A DNA stretch of 64,000 nt from a virus (taxonomy: Duplodnaviria > Caudoviricetes): positions 546-64,545 of IMG/VR virus record IMGVR_UViG_3300007852_000001; one strand, written 5' to 3'. Both the position numbers and the translations under genes were made by a program. Below are positions 46,358 to 56,181 of this stretch, one piece after another (within the stretch, counting starts at the first letter, position 1; every line of letters begins with the position of its first letter). Under the pieces are notes generated by a model. It ran no database searches and was not told where the DNA came from. It saw only the letters and a list, made by a program, of their open reading frames with translations.

Positions 46358-46888
46358 TTATTGTTCAATGTCGAATGTTTCTTGCACGTCGATGATGCCG
46401 TCTTCGTCGCTCTCGTAAAGGCGCTCGTAGTTCACGTTCACTGTGAGCGCGTCACCACGAGACACAGGCTCTCTGTCCTCGTCGTCGCGGCTGGCGGCGT
46501 CAAGCACCTCGACCCGCCACACGTCGGACTGAATCTCCGACGCGTCACGAATCGGAAGTGTAAACTCTTCGAAGTAACTACGAACGGCCTCGTAGATGCC
46601 TTCTTTTGTGCCCTCACTTGCCGCCTTGATGACGACCGTGAACTGCGCCTGCATGTGTACCGAGTAAATAAACGTTACGATGTCATTGACATCATCAACG
46701 TTTTTATCTTTCGCCCCCGTCTTAGTGTTCATCGGGACGGGACGGTAGTTGTCACCGTGGATAATCGTTGGCAGGTCCTCCGTCTCGTTCGGGTATTCCT
46801 GCCCGATATTATCGGCTGGTACCAGCCCGTCGGCCGCCGTTTCGAGATGGCTGTAAAATGCCTCTCGAAGTTCTCTTCGTGTGGCCAT
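46358..46888 (-). CDS. Tail terminator / completion protein
   Basis: Synteny. Confidence 0.6.
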   Translation of the reverse strand: MATRRELREAFYSHLETAADGLVPADNIGQEYPNETEDLPTIIHGDNYRPVPMNTKTGAKDKNVDDVNDIVTFIYSVHMQAQFTVVIKAASEGTKEGIYEAVRSYFEEFTLPIRDASEIQSDVWRVEVLDAASRDDEDREPVSRGDALTVNVNYERLYESDEDGIIDVQETFDIEQ

Positions 46889-47529
46889 TATCGTGTAGCG
46901 TTTTTAACCGCGTTTGCCGCGGCCTTGCGGACGCGTAGTTCACTATCGAACCATGCTGGACGCATGAACGGGTGTGCAAGGTTCCCTTTCTCGATAATCT
47001 CCTTTGCAATCGCCACTGCCGAGGTAAACATGTCACCAGACCGAGGCGTCACGGGCTTGGTAGACATCCACTCTTCAATGTGGCCAACAAACCCTGCGAA
47101 AGCCCGCTTACCCGTCAAGTTGTACGGGTTCGACTGGTTGATGTCGATGTCGGGCGAGTCAAACGGAAAGTTGGGTGGGTAGCGGTCAGGCTGTCCCACA
47201 CTCTGACTCCCAACCCACTCGTTTCCACGTGCGCCGTTCTGACCGCTGCCGAATTCCACGATAGCGGCATAGGGCGCAATAGCGTTGTCAGTGAACACGG
47301 AAAAGCTGAGACTCCGCTTCCGTGAGTCTCGCTCGATGGTAATAGAGTCGTGGAGGTTACCCTTGTAGTCGGCGTCGCGCTGTACGTACATCCGCGCCCG
47401 CTGTGCGCACATCGCCATTGCACGACCGACCCGTTTTCTAATCTCACGTCGAAGTCCGCGCTCAAACTTGTCGATGGACCGAATAACAGTGTCGATGTTG
47501 TCACGAACGCCCAGTTCTACACCAGCCAT
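46888..47529 (-). CDS. HK97 gp10-like neck/tail component
   Basis: GNLHDSI, YAAIVEFG, HPFMRPA. Confidence 0.8.
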   Translation of the reverse strand: MAGVELGVRDNIDTVIRSIDKFERGLRREIRKRVGRAMAMCAQRARMYVQRDADYKGNLHDSITIERDSRKRSLSFSVFTDNAIAPYAAIVEFGSGQNGARGNEWVGSQSVGQPDRYPPNFPFDSPDIDINQSNPYNLTGKRAFAGFVGHIEEWMSTKPVTPRSGDMFTSAVAIAKEIIEKGNLAHPFMRPAWFDSELRVRKAAANAVKNATR

Positions 47530-47933
47530 TAGGTCTGCCTCCGAACGAAGCTGATGATGAAAAAGTCCGTGTCGGGCGTCGCAGTACCATCAGCAGGTGC
47601 GTCTTCGGGGTGGCCGATAACCGTATCGACCTCGTACTCGACGCCGCCATGCGTCACTCGGTCATTCTTCTGCACGTCCACGTCTCCGTCGGCAGTCGTG
47701 AGACCCCCTAAAGAGCCATTAACGCGCTCTCCTGCTATTTCATCGGCCACCGAGTCCTGTGGGGCAAAAAGCCACAAAGTCTCTGTATGCTCCGACAGCG
47801 ACTCCTGAGTGTCGTCCAGTGCCGTGTGGCTCGTGGTCGGCCGACTAACGGTAACTGAACGCGAGCGGGACCGAATAATGCGCGTCATGCCCGCACGCGG
47901 TCGGCTGGTTGAGAAGCCAGATGAGCGTGCCAT
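47529..47933 (-). CDS. Head closure protein
   Basis: Synteny; DRVTHGGVEYEV. Confidence 0.65.
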   Translation of the reverse strand: MARSSGFSTSRPRAGMTRIIRSRSRSVTVSRPTTSHTALDDTQESLSEHTETLWLFAPQDSVADEIAGERVNGSLGGLTTADGDVDVQKNDRVTHGGVEYEVDTVIGHPEDAPADGTATPDTDFFIISFVRRQT

Positions 47934-47938
47934 CAGTA

Positions 47939-48361
47939 TTACCCGATATATGCGCTCGTATTCGAGAAACTAAGGTCCTGACTCTTCGTGAAATTAACCT
48001 CGGCGTCACGAAGCGCCCGTGAGACCTGCCCCATCCACAGTTGAATTTGCTGTGAGTCCTCGGGGTCCGCGTTGGACAGCGAAATGGACTCGTCAGCAAT
48101 ATCGTAGCTGTCGATGTTGATGTTCTCGACGGCAGCCTTCACCGTGATGGAGGTCCACGCTTTCAACGCCTGACCATAGTTCACGTCGGCATACCATTCT
48201 TCTGAACCAGTCCGACCATACATGTCCCGCTTCGCGTCGTTTAAGAGGCCGTCCAACTGTGCAGACGGCAACTCGTCCGTGTTATCGTCGTAACTCGTTG
48301 TGTCACGAACAGCCGCCTTTAGTTCGGCGTCGGTCGTGAGTGCGAAGTCGGGGAGTGTCAT
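47939..48361 (-). CDS. Head-tail adaptor
   Basis: Synteny after the capsid gene. Confidence 0.6.
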   Translation of the reverse strand: MTLPDFALTTDAELKAAVRDTTSYDDNTDELPSAQLDGLLNDAKRDMYGRTGSEEWYADVNYGQALKAWTSITVKAAVENINIDSYDIADESISLSNADPEDSQQIQLWMGQVSRALRDAEVNFTKSQDLSFSNTSAYIG

Positions 48362-48559
48362 TTAAATTAGAGTACCGAGTTGTGCGATGCCGAAGTCGAC
48401 GCCCTTAATAACGGCCAGCGCAGCCAAAGCGCCCTTGCCCATCAGCCAACGTCGCTCGTTCTTGCTGATTCGAGCATCGTGGCTGGATAGCGTCTCGTCA
48501 ACATTTAGTTCACGATACGTGGGATCGTAGTTATCATTTGATTCGGCAGCCATTGTCAA
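48362..48559 (-). CDS. Small protein with hydrophobic C-terminus
   Basis: ORF between capsid and adaptor genes. Confidence 0.65.
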   Translation of the reverse strand: MTMAAESNDNYDPTYRELNVDETLSSHDARISKNERRWLMGKGALAALAVIKGVDFGIAQLGTLI

Positions 48560-48575
48560 ACGTTAGAACCCCCCG

Positions 48576-49649
48576 TTAGAAGAGGGTGCTGACGTTCTCA
48601 ATCTTCACAACGTCGTGGGCGACCGAGCCGCCAGCGCCGTCGTCGGTCTCGTGCGAACCGAAGCCGAACGCCTGACCAGCACGCCAGTAGAACTCGTACT
48701 CAAGCTGGCCGCCGTTCTTTCGAATCGGCTCCTGAATCATCGTCGGCTCAGGCTGCTCGTACATCTCGAAGAAGTCCCCACCGTGGTCGGGGATGAGATA
48801 CATCACGTCGTCGTCCGCGCCGTTCTGCGCGGTCGGGAAGTTAATGTCGAACTGGAGCGTGTCGGGCTGGTCGGGCGCGGTGCGCAGACCAGTCTGCTTG
48901 GGGACGAGGAACTCACCACCAACGATAGACGAACCGACGCCCGCAGCGTCGTCGCCGAGGTCCATGAACTGGGACTTAATCTGCGCGCCGCTGTTCGAGT
49001 CGATGGTGTTCCACAGCGAGCGGACACCGTGGTCGTACATGGCGAAGTCCCACGAGTCGTCAGCGTAGATACCCTCGGTCTTGCCGAAGGCGACTCGCTG
49101 GATAATGTTCGACGGCTGCCCGTTGCTAATCGAATACTGGGACGAGTAGTCCGCAGCGTTGATGACGTTATCGGCGGGCATGTTGCTGTCAAGCCACTCG
49201 AAGACCGAGGGCTGGACCTGATTACCGTTCTCGTCCGTGATGCCCTTGAGGAACTGGAGGTCCGCCTGAATGTCGAACATTTCCATCAGCGCATCCTGCG
49301 CACGGTTGACCTTCTCCGACGCCTGACCAATCTCAAGGTCCTCGGCGTCGACGGTCATGCCGTGCGTCATGCGCGGAATTTCAACGTCGTCGCCAACGTA
49401 GCGAACGATGTCGACGTTGCCGAGAACCTCGCCAACGCCAGTCGTGCCAGTCGGCATGTCCGACTTGGCGTCGACGTACGTGCCCTCGCCCTCCTCAATC
49501 TTGCGAGTGCCACGCTCCATCTCGGTAAGCGGGGCGACCTCGCGCCGCAGCCCACGACGGTCCCGACCCTCACGGGTCAGCATCACGTCTTCGTCGGGCG
49601 CGACCTGCTCAGTGAAGTCCTCTTCAGTGTGGAAAGAAGTAGTTGCCAT
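48576..49649 (-). CDS. Major capsid protein (HK97 fold presumed)
   Basis: 357 aa, strong codon bias, position after protease and decoration genes. Confidence 0.8.
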   Translation of the reverse strand: MATTSFHTEEDFTEQVAPDEDVMLTREGRDRRGLRREVAPLTEMERGTRKIEEGEGTYVDAKSDMPTGTTGVGEVLGNVDIVRYVGDDVEIPRMTHGMTVDAEDLEIGQASEKVNRAQDALMEMFDIQADLQFLKGITDENGNQVQPSVFEWLDSNMPADNVINAADYSSQYSISNGQPSNIIQRVAFGKTEGIYADDSWDFAMYDHGVRSLWNTIDSNSGAQIKSQFMDLGDDAAGVGSSIVGGEFLVPKQTGLRTAPDQPDTLQFDINFPTAQNGADDDVMYLIPDHGGDFFEMYEQPEPTMIQEPIRKNGGQLEYEFYWRAGQAFGFGSHETDDGAGGSVAHDVVKIENVSTLF

Positions 49650-49664
49650 TTATATTACCTCGTT

Positions 49665-50225
49665 TTAAGCCTCAAGTCCGCCGAACATGATGACACGAAC
49701 GGGATGGTCATAGCGGTCCTCTACCTGACCCGCTTCCTGCGCAGGTCGGTAGGCCACGCCAACGGCCTTGAAGTTGCCGTTAGCGCGGCTGAATGTCGTA
49801 GAAGTCGTGTCACCGTCGAGGTCGGTAGTGTAACCCTCCTCAACAATGCGCCCCCCTGCGTTGGACGGGGCGTCGGTGCTGGTTTCGTCAACAACACCGA
49901 CAACTGTTCGATGCCCGATAGCGGGGGCGGGGGCCGTCTCGTCGTCAATGGTTCGGACTCGCTGGATGGAGTCGTCTTCCTGCGGCTGATACTGGACACG
50001 CTGTCCAGCATCGTACTTCTCCTCAACGATGTCCTCTCCCCATTCGGCCACCATCGCCTCCGCGTCGTAGCGAGCGAGGCCAACGTTCTCGGGGCCGTCG
50101 GCAAAGAGGAGCGTGTCAACGCCAGAGCCATCATCGTGGATAAGCTCGCCAGCGTAAATCTCCTCGTTTGCGACGCCGCTCTGCGGAGAACGGTCAGCCT
50201 GCTCAACGTAAAATTCAAGTGCCAT
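49665..50225 (-). CDS. Capsid decoration/cement protein
   Basis: Between protease and MCP; late motif upstream. Confidence 0.6.
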   Translation of the reverse strand: MALEFYVEQADRSPQSGVANEEIYAGELIHDDGSGVDTLLFADGPENVGLARYDAEAMVAEWGEDIVEEKYDAGQRVQYQPQEDDSIQRVRTIDDETAPAPAIGHRTVVGVVDETSTDAPSNAGGRIVEEGYTTDLDGDTTSTTFSRANGNFKAVGVAYRPAQEAGQVEDRYDHPVRVIMFGGLEA

Positions 50226-50289
50226 TGTATGTAGTGTTTAAGTCTCGTCTGCTCTCACATTAACCGTACTGACAGGTGCCACTTATAAG

Positions 50290-51957
50290 TTAGGCACCGT
50301 GGCCACGACCGAACTTACGGGGACCACTGTGAGACTTCTTGTTCTTCGTGCTGTTCGAGTCGGTCGAAGAGTCGATGTCCTTGACCGTCACGTCGGGAGC
50401 CGCGTCGAGAACCTCCTTACGGCGCTGAATCTCCTCTTCAAGCGCGTCGAGGTTCTCGTCCTCAAACTTGTCGGTGTTGGCCCCAAGTTCGGAAAGAGTT
50501 TCAAGCGCGTCAGTGCGCTCGTCCTCTCGATACTCCTTCAGTTCGTCCTGAAGCTCCTCGACCTTGGCAGCCTCCTCGGCCGCCTCGTCAGCGGCCTCGG
50601 CAAGGGCAGCGACGCCCTCGCAGATGCACTCGTCTTCGTCAACCTCAACGGAGAGGTTGTCAGGCGAGTCGAGCGCGGCCTTAAGGTCGCCCCTCATCTC
50701 GTCAACGGTCTGTTCGAGGCTGTCTCGCTTGGCCTTCAGGTCGGAGACAGAATCATTCTTATCGGCCAGTGCGTCGACCGAAAGGTCGGGAATGTCGAAA
50801 TCGTCGTCGTTATCCATGTTTGTATCACTTTCCCACGGTTTCTGCTCGGGCGGACAGTCGTGGGAGTCTGCCGCACGTTTGATGCGTGCTTCAAGGGTCG
50901 ACTGCTCAACGGAGTAGTCTCCGCTGCCTCGAAGGTTCCACGCATCCTTCACGTCATTACAGTTATCAAGTTCGTACTTCGGCTCGTCGTCCGCGGTCTC
51001 GGACGGCGCAATGCCGTACCACGTCCCGTCCTCTTCGTAGAGACCAGACGGTGCGTCAGACGTAACATCACACGGACATGAGTCGGTAGAGTCGTTCATA
51101 GTGTGCATGAGAGACCGTTCATCGACGGTCGTGACCATCTCTGTCGAGTTGCCGTCGCGGTCCAGAATTTCAATCATGACACCGCTCTCATCATCGGGAT
51201 TGTGCGCAACGACCGCATCGGCGTCCCACCGAACACGGTCGCCCTCGGAGAACATCTCACCGCCCTCCGTCATGTTCCGTTCGGACTCGAACAGCGTCGT
51301 GGCGTCGGCCACAACCTTGCCATGCGGACTGCCATCAAGGCCGCAACCTTCCTCGCTCGAACAGCGACCACGCTTCACGCCAGCAATGTGGTCGCCATAC
51401 AACTGGACCTGAAAGCCGTCAACGTCGTCGTCGGTCAGGTCACCAGTGTCGCCGTCAAACTGCTCGGCGACGCGATTGTAAAAGCCAACCGACACGTCCT
51501 GATGCTTTTCAATCCACTCCAATGCCTCGTCGTCGTTGGCGGGAATGTAGAGATCTTCCTTTAGGCGGTCTTCATCGCTGTCGTAGCGAGCGTCACGCCA
51601 AAAACCGTGGATGTCGTCCACGTTCTTGACCATCCCACTGTCGGGGTGCCCAAGCGTGAACGGGGCGTTGTCGAACGACCACGCAGCACGTCGAAGCGCG
51701 TCGGCGGGCTTCTTGTAGTGCTTTACGCTGTCACCGACAACGTAGGTCTGCTTAATCGGACGGGCGATGGTCGCACCTTCTATTTTGTAGAATCGGTCGG
51801 TGTCGAACGCTCCTTCGAGGTCGGCGGGCGCGTCCACGGTGACGATGTGTTTCTCGTCCCAGTTGAAGGAGACTTCATCGTCGTCGGTGGACACGACACC
51901 TCTGGCCCCGTCGAAGGCGGAGACGCCCGCGTCGTGCGTAAGAATAGCGTTAGTCAT
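50290..51957 (-). CDS. Prohead protease (DUF2213-like) fused to scaffold
   Basis: PFTLGHP, VSVGF, DHIAGVKRGRC; coiled-coil C-terminus. Confidence 0.85.
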   Translation of the reverse strand: MTNAILTHDAGVSAFDGARGVVSTDDDEVSFNWDEKHIVTVDAPADLEGAFDTDRFYKIEGATIARPIKQTYVVGDSVKHYKKPADALRRAAWSFDNAPFTLGHPDSGMVKNVDDIHGFWRDARYDSDEDRLKEDLYIPANDDEALEWIEKHQDVSVGFYNRVAEQFDGDTGDLTDDDVDGFQVQLYGDHIAGVKRGRCSSEEGCGLDGSPHGKVVADATTLFESERNMTEGGEMFSEGDRVRWDADAVVAHNPDDESGVMIEILDRDGNSTEMVTTVDERSLMHTMNDSTDSCPCDVTSDAPSGLYEEDGTWYGIAPSETADDEPKYELDNCNDVKDAWNLRGSGDYSVEQSTLEARIKRAADSHDCPPEQKPWESDTNMDNDDDFDIPDLSVDALADKNDSVSDLKAKRDSLEQTVDEMRGDLKAALDSPDNLSVEVDEDECICEGVAALAEAADEAAEEAAKVEELQDELKEYREDERTDALETLSELGANTDKFEDENLDALEEEIQRRKEVLDAAPDVTVKDIDSSTDSNSTKNKKSHSGPRKFGRGHGA

Positions 51958-51958
51958 A

Positions 51959-52288
51959 TTATGCTAAGTCCTCGGTGATGTAGACTTCAATGTTGCCCCC
52001 ATTCGGGAACGTCTCCGTCCCACCGTCACCGTAGTGAACCTCGAACTCAGCCTGATGGCGGCCGAGCGTGTCGGTGTCGCCGTCAGACCATTCGTAGACG
52101 ACGCTCCCCTCACTGGTGTTGAGGATGAAACCAGTATCGTCAACGACAACTTCTTGGGTGTCCACATCTTTCATATGGAAGCGAACCTTGTCAACCGTTG
52201 ATAGGTCACGCGGCTCGCGGTTCTCGTCCAGAAGTTGTGCTTCCAGTGAGGGTCGTGTATCGCCTTGCTTGATTTTGAAATCGTGCAT
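51959..52288 (-). CDS. BppU-like Ig-fold virion protein
   Basis: IKQGDT, G.V.YEW..GDTDT.G...AEFEV.Y.DG..ETFP. Confidence 0.7.
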   Translation of the reverse strand: MHDFKIKQGDTRPSLEAQLLDENREPRDLSTVDKVRFHMKDVDTQEVVVDDTGFILNTSEGSVVYEWSDGDTDTLGRHQAEFEVHYGDGGTETFPNGGNIEVYITEDLA

Positions 52289-52289
52289 C

Positions 52290-55200
52290 TCAGTTCACCA
52301 CCTCTACGTAGTTACGGTCATTCTCGACGCGGACGTTCTGCTCTGTAATCGGAATGGCGGCGTTCGACCCCCCTATGGCGGCGAACAAGATGCGTAACAG
52401 AGCGTCAACGGGGGACATATCCGCGCCAGTCACGTCACCATCAGAGGTTGCGTCCGTCGAAGCCGTCCCGTTCACGTTAACCGTACTGACGAGTGTGGCA
52501 CTTATAAGCGGCAGTGCCTCGGCCAGTGCGTCAGTGTCGATTTCCTCCACGGAGAAAACTGCTTTCGCCGCTTCGGAAAGAGTGAACGAAGAGGGGCGAC
52601 CAACACGTTCGATGGTGTCTACGTCTTGCGTAAGACCCTCGACGCCAACGAAGGTATCGACCTGTCCTTGCTGGCTTTTGGCGGCGACTTGCGACACGAG
52701 AGCGGCGGCCTCGGTCTGCGTGTCAGCGAGGCCTTGCTCTGTAAGCGCCTGTGCGGCTTCTGCAAGGGCTTCGGATGTCGCACTGGTGTCGGCACTCGCA
52801 TCCAGTTTAGATGCCACCACGTCTCTCACAGCGGCGTCTGGCGTGGCTGAGGAGAACCCATCCGCACCGACAGCCGTGCTGTCCGAGGAGACGAGTTCAC
52901 CGAGCGTGTCAGACGTAGTGGACGACGAAGCGAACGACTGGAGTGCGGCGGCGACGGTCAGCGCCTCGACGGTCGAGGTCGTGAAGCCATCACCAGACTG
53001 CTCTATGGCGTCGGCTGTGGCCGCGAAGGCGTCAGGCACAGTCGAAGACTCGACAGCGCCCGACTGGCTCTCCGCATCGGCAACGGTCTTGGCGACCTTG
53101 ATGCTTGTAGACGCGCCGACGCTCGCGGCGAGGCTGTCAGAAAACTTACCTTCGACACCCAATTGACCGCTTCGGACTTTGATAACCACGTCCATCGTGG
53201 GCGTGATGGGAACCATCACCGCGTCCTCGGTCAGTGCAACCGCGTCCGTGGTGGTTTCCCCACCACTGACCCTTGGGGTAGCGGTCGCGGATTCGGGTGA
53301 CACGAAGGCAAATATCTCTACCTCGGCTATATCAAACTGTGGCGAGGCCGTAGCGACCTGAGCCGTGCCGAGTGAGGTGACAGCGGTGTCACCAACCGCG
53401 CTGGTCGGGAGCGCACTGCCGCTCGCACGCAACACGTCAGCGAACACTTCACCGAACGAGTCGGCGTCTTGCGAGGTGAGTGCGACCGTCTCAGCGGCCA
53501 CCAGCGGCTCCGCAATCGCGTTTTCGAGCGACTGAATGGTTTGGGTCGTGGCTACGGTCGTGTCGCCTGTGACGGTGCTGAGAGCGTCTCCAAGGCCCGT
53601 GCGCTGAACAGTGTCGAAGGACTCGGTGAACGCCTCGCTCACACTCGACGTGTCGGGGTCGGCAGGCTGGTCGGCGTGTGTGAACAGTTCGGTGAGGCCG
53701 CCAGCGGTCGTCTCCGACGACGAGTTACCGAACGTGGACGCCGAGAACGCATCTCGGAGCGCGTTCGAGAGCGTCGTGGAAGTGCCAGTCGATGTCTGTG
53801 AGATGGCAGACGTTCTGACACCATCCGCATACCACTGCGGGTCGCCACCAAGAGAGCCGTTGATACCATTTCCAGACCCATCTTTTGCGGTAGTCCCGAT
53901 ACCAGTGTCAAAGTGATGCCACGCCACGATGCCGTCGTACAGAACATCTCCATTCTGAACGCTCTGAACTTCTGTATCGGTGAGTGCGCGATTGTACCAC
54001 CGACAATCATCGAGCGAGAATGTTACAGAATTTCGACCATCACTACGATACTTTATTCCACCGTATCCAGTTCCAAGCGTTGAGGAATTGAGGGTCGTGC
54101 TATCGGCGTTCGAGAACTCCGCATTTTTGATTACCTCTAACGTAGTTCCGTTCTTTCTGGCAGTCCAGAACTCCCACACACCACGCTCGTTTTTAAGTGA
54201 CGTGTTGAGTCCGTCGTTACCACTACCATCGACACTCGCTCTTACGTGAAATCTTCCATCACCGCTATTGAGGAAATAAATCCACGGGATGCGTCCACCA
54301 GTACCGTCGTCAGACGTAAAGCCATTACCGTTACCGATGATTAGTTCGTAGTCTGACTGAAGTTCGGTGTCACGATATATCCACCAAGTGACAGTAAAGT
54401 CGTTGTAATGGAGTGCGCTATCGTCAGAGGTTGTGACACCATCATCTTGGTCGAAGTGGAGATAGTAGTTACCAGCCGTGGCGCTACCGAATACACCACC
54501 CTGCTGGTCGATGAGGCTGGAAGCCTGTGTCAGTCCAGTCGGTGTCGTACTCGTCGTGTTAGTAGTCTGGAACGTGTTAAGACTCGTGGTCGTCTCGGAA
54601 CCGAGAATCGAAGCCCCGTTACGGAGATAGCTGTGTCGTCCATTACCACTCGCGTCGTTCAGCCGACCAGCGTCGTCGGCCGTCAACGGGAGATACTCGT
54701 GAAGGCCAGTCGTCGGTGGGTTGCCCTCGAACGCGGCCTCGACCTCCGCATCGGTCTTGGCGTCGAGATAGAGCCGATGGTCGGAGATGTCAAGGTTGCC
54801 ATAACTATTCGGCCCTTGAATACCGTCGAACGACTCTGCCTCGGAGCCAGTGCCGAGAAAACCGTAGCGAGAGACACCGCTACCAATTGACGTACCAGCG
54901 CCACTACCAGTAAACACACGGCGTCCGTCAACGTACATCCGAACCTCACCAGCGTCGTAGACAGCGGCGAGGTGATGCCACACCCCGTCAGCGACGTTCA
55001 CACCACTGGAGAAGTCGCCACCTCCAGCAGTTGTGTCGAACGAACAGTCGAAAACGCCGTTGATAAGGTTGAAACGGTAGTATTCGCTACGGTCGTGCGA
55101 TGAGATAATGGCCTCGCCTGACGTGTCAGTAGACCGAACCCACGCCATCACAGTCATCTCACTGATACCAGACTGGCTCAGTTGGGAGTCGATGGCTACG

Positions 55201-55367
55201 TAGTCACTGGTAGACTCAGTGAGTTCGAGATAGCCGTTGTGTGACGTTGCCGCCGCTTCGTAGTTGTCGCCGCCCAGTACCCCGCCCTCGCCTTGTGAAT
55301 CGCTCGTTAGACCGACATTTGGGTCGTCGGGTTCACCATCACTTTTGAGTAGGAGATACTGGGTCAT
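52290..55367 (-). CDS. Large virion protein with two LamG-like domains and an Ala/Thr/Ser-rich stalk
   Basis: TVMAWV...WHHLAAVYD...MYVDG; second FTVTWW...DDCRWYNRALT. Confidence 0.85.
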   Translation of the reverse strand: MTQYLLLKSDGEPDDPNVGLTSDSQGEGGVLGGDNYEAAATSHNGYLELTESTSDYVAIDSQLSQSGISEMTVMAWVRSTDTSGEAIISSHDRSEYYRFNLINGVFDCSFDTTAGGGDFSSGVNVADGVWHHLAAVYDAGEVRMYVDGRRVFTGSGAGTSIGSGVSRYGFLGTGSEAESFDGIQGPNSYGNLDISDHRLYLDAKTDAEVEAAFEGNPPTTGLHEYLPLTADDAGRLNDASGNGRHSYLRNGASILGSETTTSLNTFQTTNTTSTTPTGLTQASSLIDQQGGVFGSATAGNYYLHFDQDDGVTTSDDSALHYNDFTVTWWIYRDTELQSDYELIIGNGNGFTSDDGTGGRIPWIYFLNSGDGRFHVRASVDGSGNDGLNTSLKNERGVWEFWTARKNGTTLEVIKNAEFSNADSTTLNSSTLGTGYGGIKYRSDGRNSVTFSLDDCRWYNRALTDTEVQSVQNGDVLYDGIVAWHHFDTGIGTTAKDGSGNGINGSLGGDPQWYADGVRTSAISQTSTGTSTTLSNALRDAFSASTFGNSSSETTAGGLTELFTHADQPADPDTSSVSEAFTESFDTVQRTGLGDALSTVTGDTTVATTQTIQSLENAIAEPLVAAETVALTSQDADSFGEVFADVLRASGSALPTSAVGDTAVTSLGTAQVATASPQFDIAEVEIFAFVSPESATATPRVSGGETTTDAVALTEDAVMVPITPTMDVVIKVRSGQLGVEGKFSDSLAASVGASTSIKVAKTVADAESQSGAVESSTVPDAFAATADAIEQSGDGFTTSTVEALTVAAALQSFASSSTTSDTLGELVSSDSTAVGADGFSSATPDAAVRDVVASKLDASADTSATSEALAEAAQALTEQGLADTQTEAAALVSQVAAKSQQGQVDTFVGVEGLTQDVDTIERVGRPSSFTLSEAAKAVFSVEEIDTDALAEALPLISATLVSTVNVNGTASTDATSDGDVTGADMSPVDALLRILFAAIGGSNAAIPITEQNVRVENDRNYVEVVN

Positions 55368-55372
55368 AAGTC

Positions 55373-55585
55373 TTACGCTTTGGAGTCGCTACGCTCTACC
55401 TTAGCGTCGGTCTTCGACCCGACGCTTTCGGCGGAGACTTCCTCAGAAGTCTCAACCGTACACGTAGCCGCCATCGGTTCGGCGCTCTCGATGAAGCCCT
55501 TGCTCGCGCTACCGCTGTCGGCCGTCTCGGCGGCCTGAAGCGCGGCGAGAGTCATCATAAAGAGCGCGGCCTCATCGTCATTCAT
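55373..55585 (-). CDS. Small hypothetical virion protein
   Basis: Coupled ORF. Confidence 0.6.
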   Translation of the reverse strand: MNDDEAALFMMTLAALQAAETADSGSASKGFIESAEPMAATCTVETSEEVSAESVGSKTDAKVERSDSKA

Positions 55586-55587
55586 AT

Positions 55588-56040
55588 TCAGTTCACCTTC
55601 AGACCCGCACCGCTGAGGGTAAGCGAGTCCACGGAGTTCAGGTCGTAGGTCTGGTCGAGTTGGCCCGTCCAGAACAAGTGGTCGGTGGCCGTGCCAGCGT
55701 CGGACGTATCCTCAGCCGCGAAGTTGACGACAATGAAATAGGCGTCAACGTCCTGCGAACTGTCGGACGTGTCGAACGTCTGGTCAGTGATGGTCGTCTG
55801 CCAGTCACCACCAGAGTCCGAATTGGTGAAGTCGGTCGTATCCAGCGAAGCGGACTGGCGGGCATACGCCGAACCAGTCGGCTCAGTCGTGATGCCGCTC
55901 ACGTCAGAGCCATCAGAAAGCGCGTCCGTGCTGTCGTTGAACAGCCCGACAGTAACCGAGTTAGGCTTCGTGAGGGTGTCCGAGCGGAACACCGCGTCCA
56001 TAATGAACTCCTCTCCAGTGTCGTGCAGTTGCGTTGTCAT
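55588..56040 (-). CDS. Virion structural protein (fibre-associated)
   Basis: VGLF...EPTGSAYARQ pattern; late motif upstream. Confidence 0.65.
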   Translation of the reverse strand: MTTQLHDTGEEFIMDAVFRSDTLTKPNSVTVGLFNDSTDALSDGSDVSGITTEPTGSAYARQSASLDTTDFTNSDSGGDWQTTITDQTFDTSDSSQDVDAYFIVVNFAAEDTSDAGTATDHLFWTGQLDQTYDLNSVDSLTLSGAGLKVN

Positions 56041-56181
56041 AGTTGAGTTACCTCAATCTGCGTCTTCGTGTGTACCGTACTGACGAGTTCCGTATTTAAC
56101 TGGCCTCGTCTCACCAGCGTTCTCCCATCTTGAACAGAATCTCGCTTATCGTTCCTCGGAGGGAGTATGTAGTCAAACATT

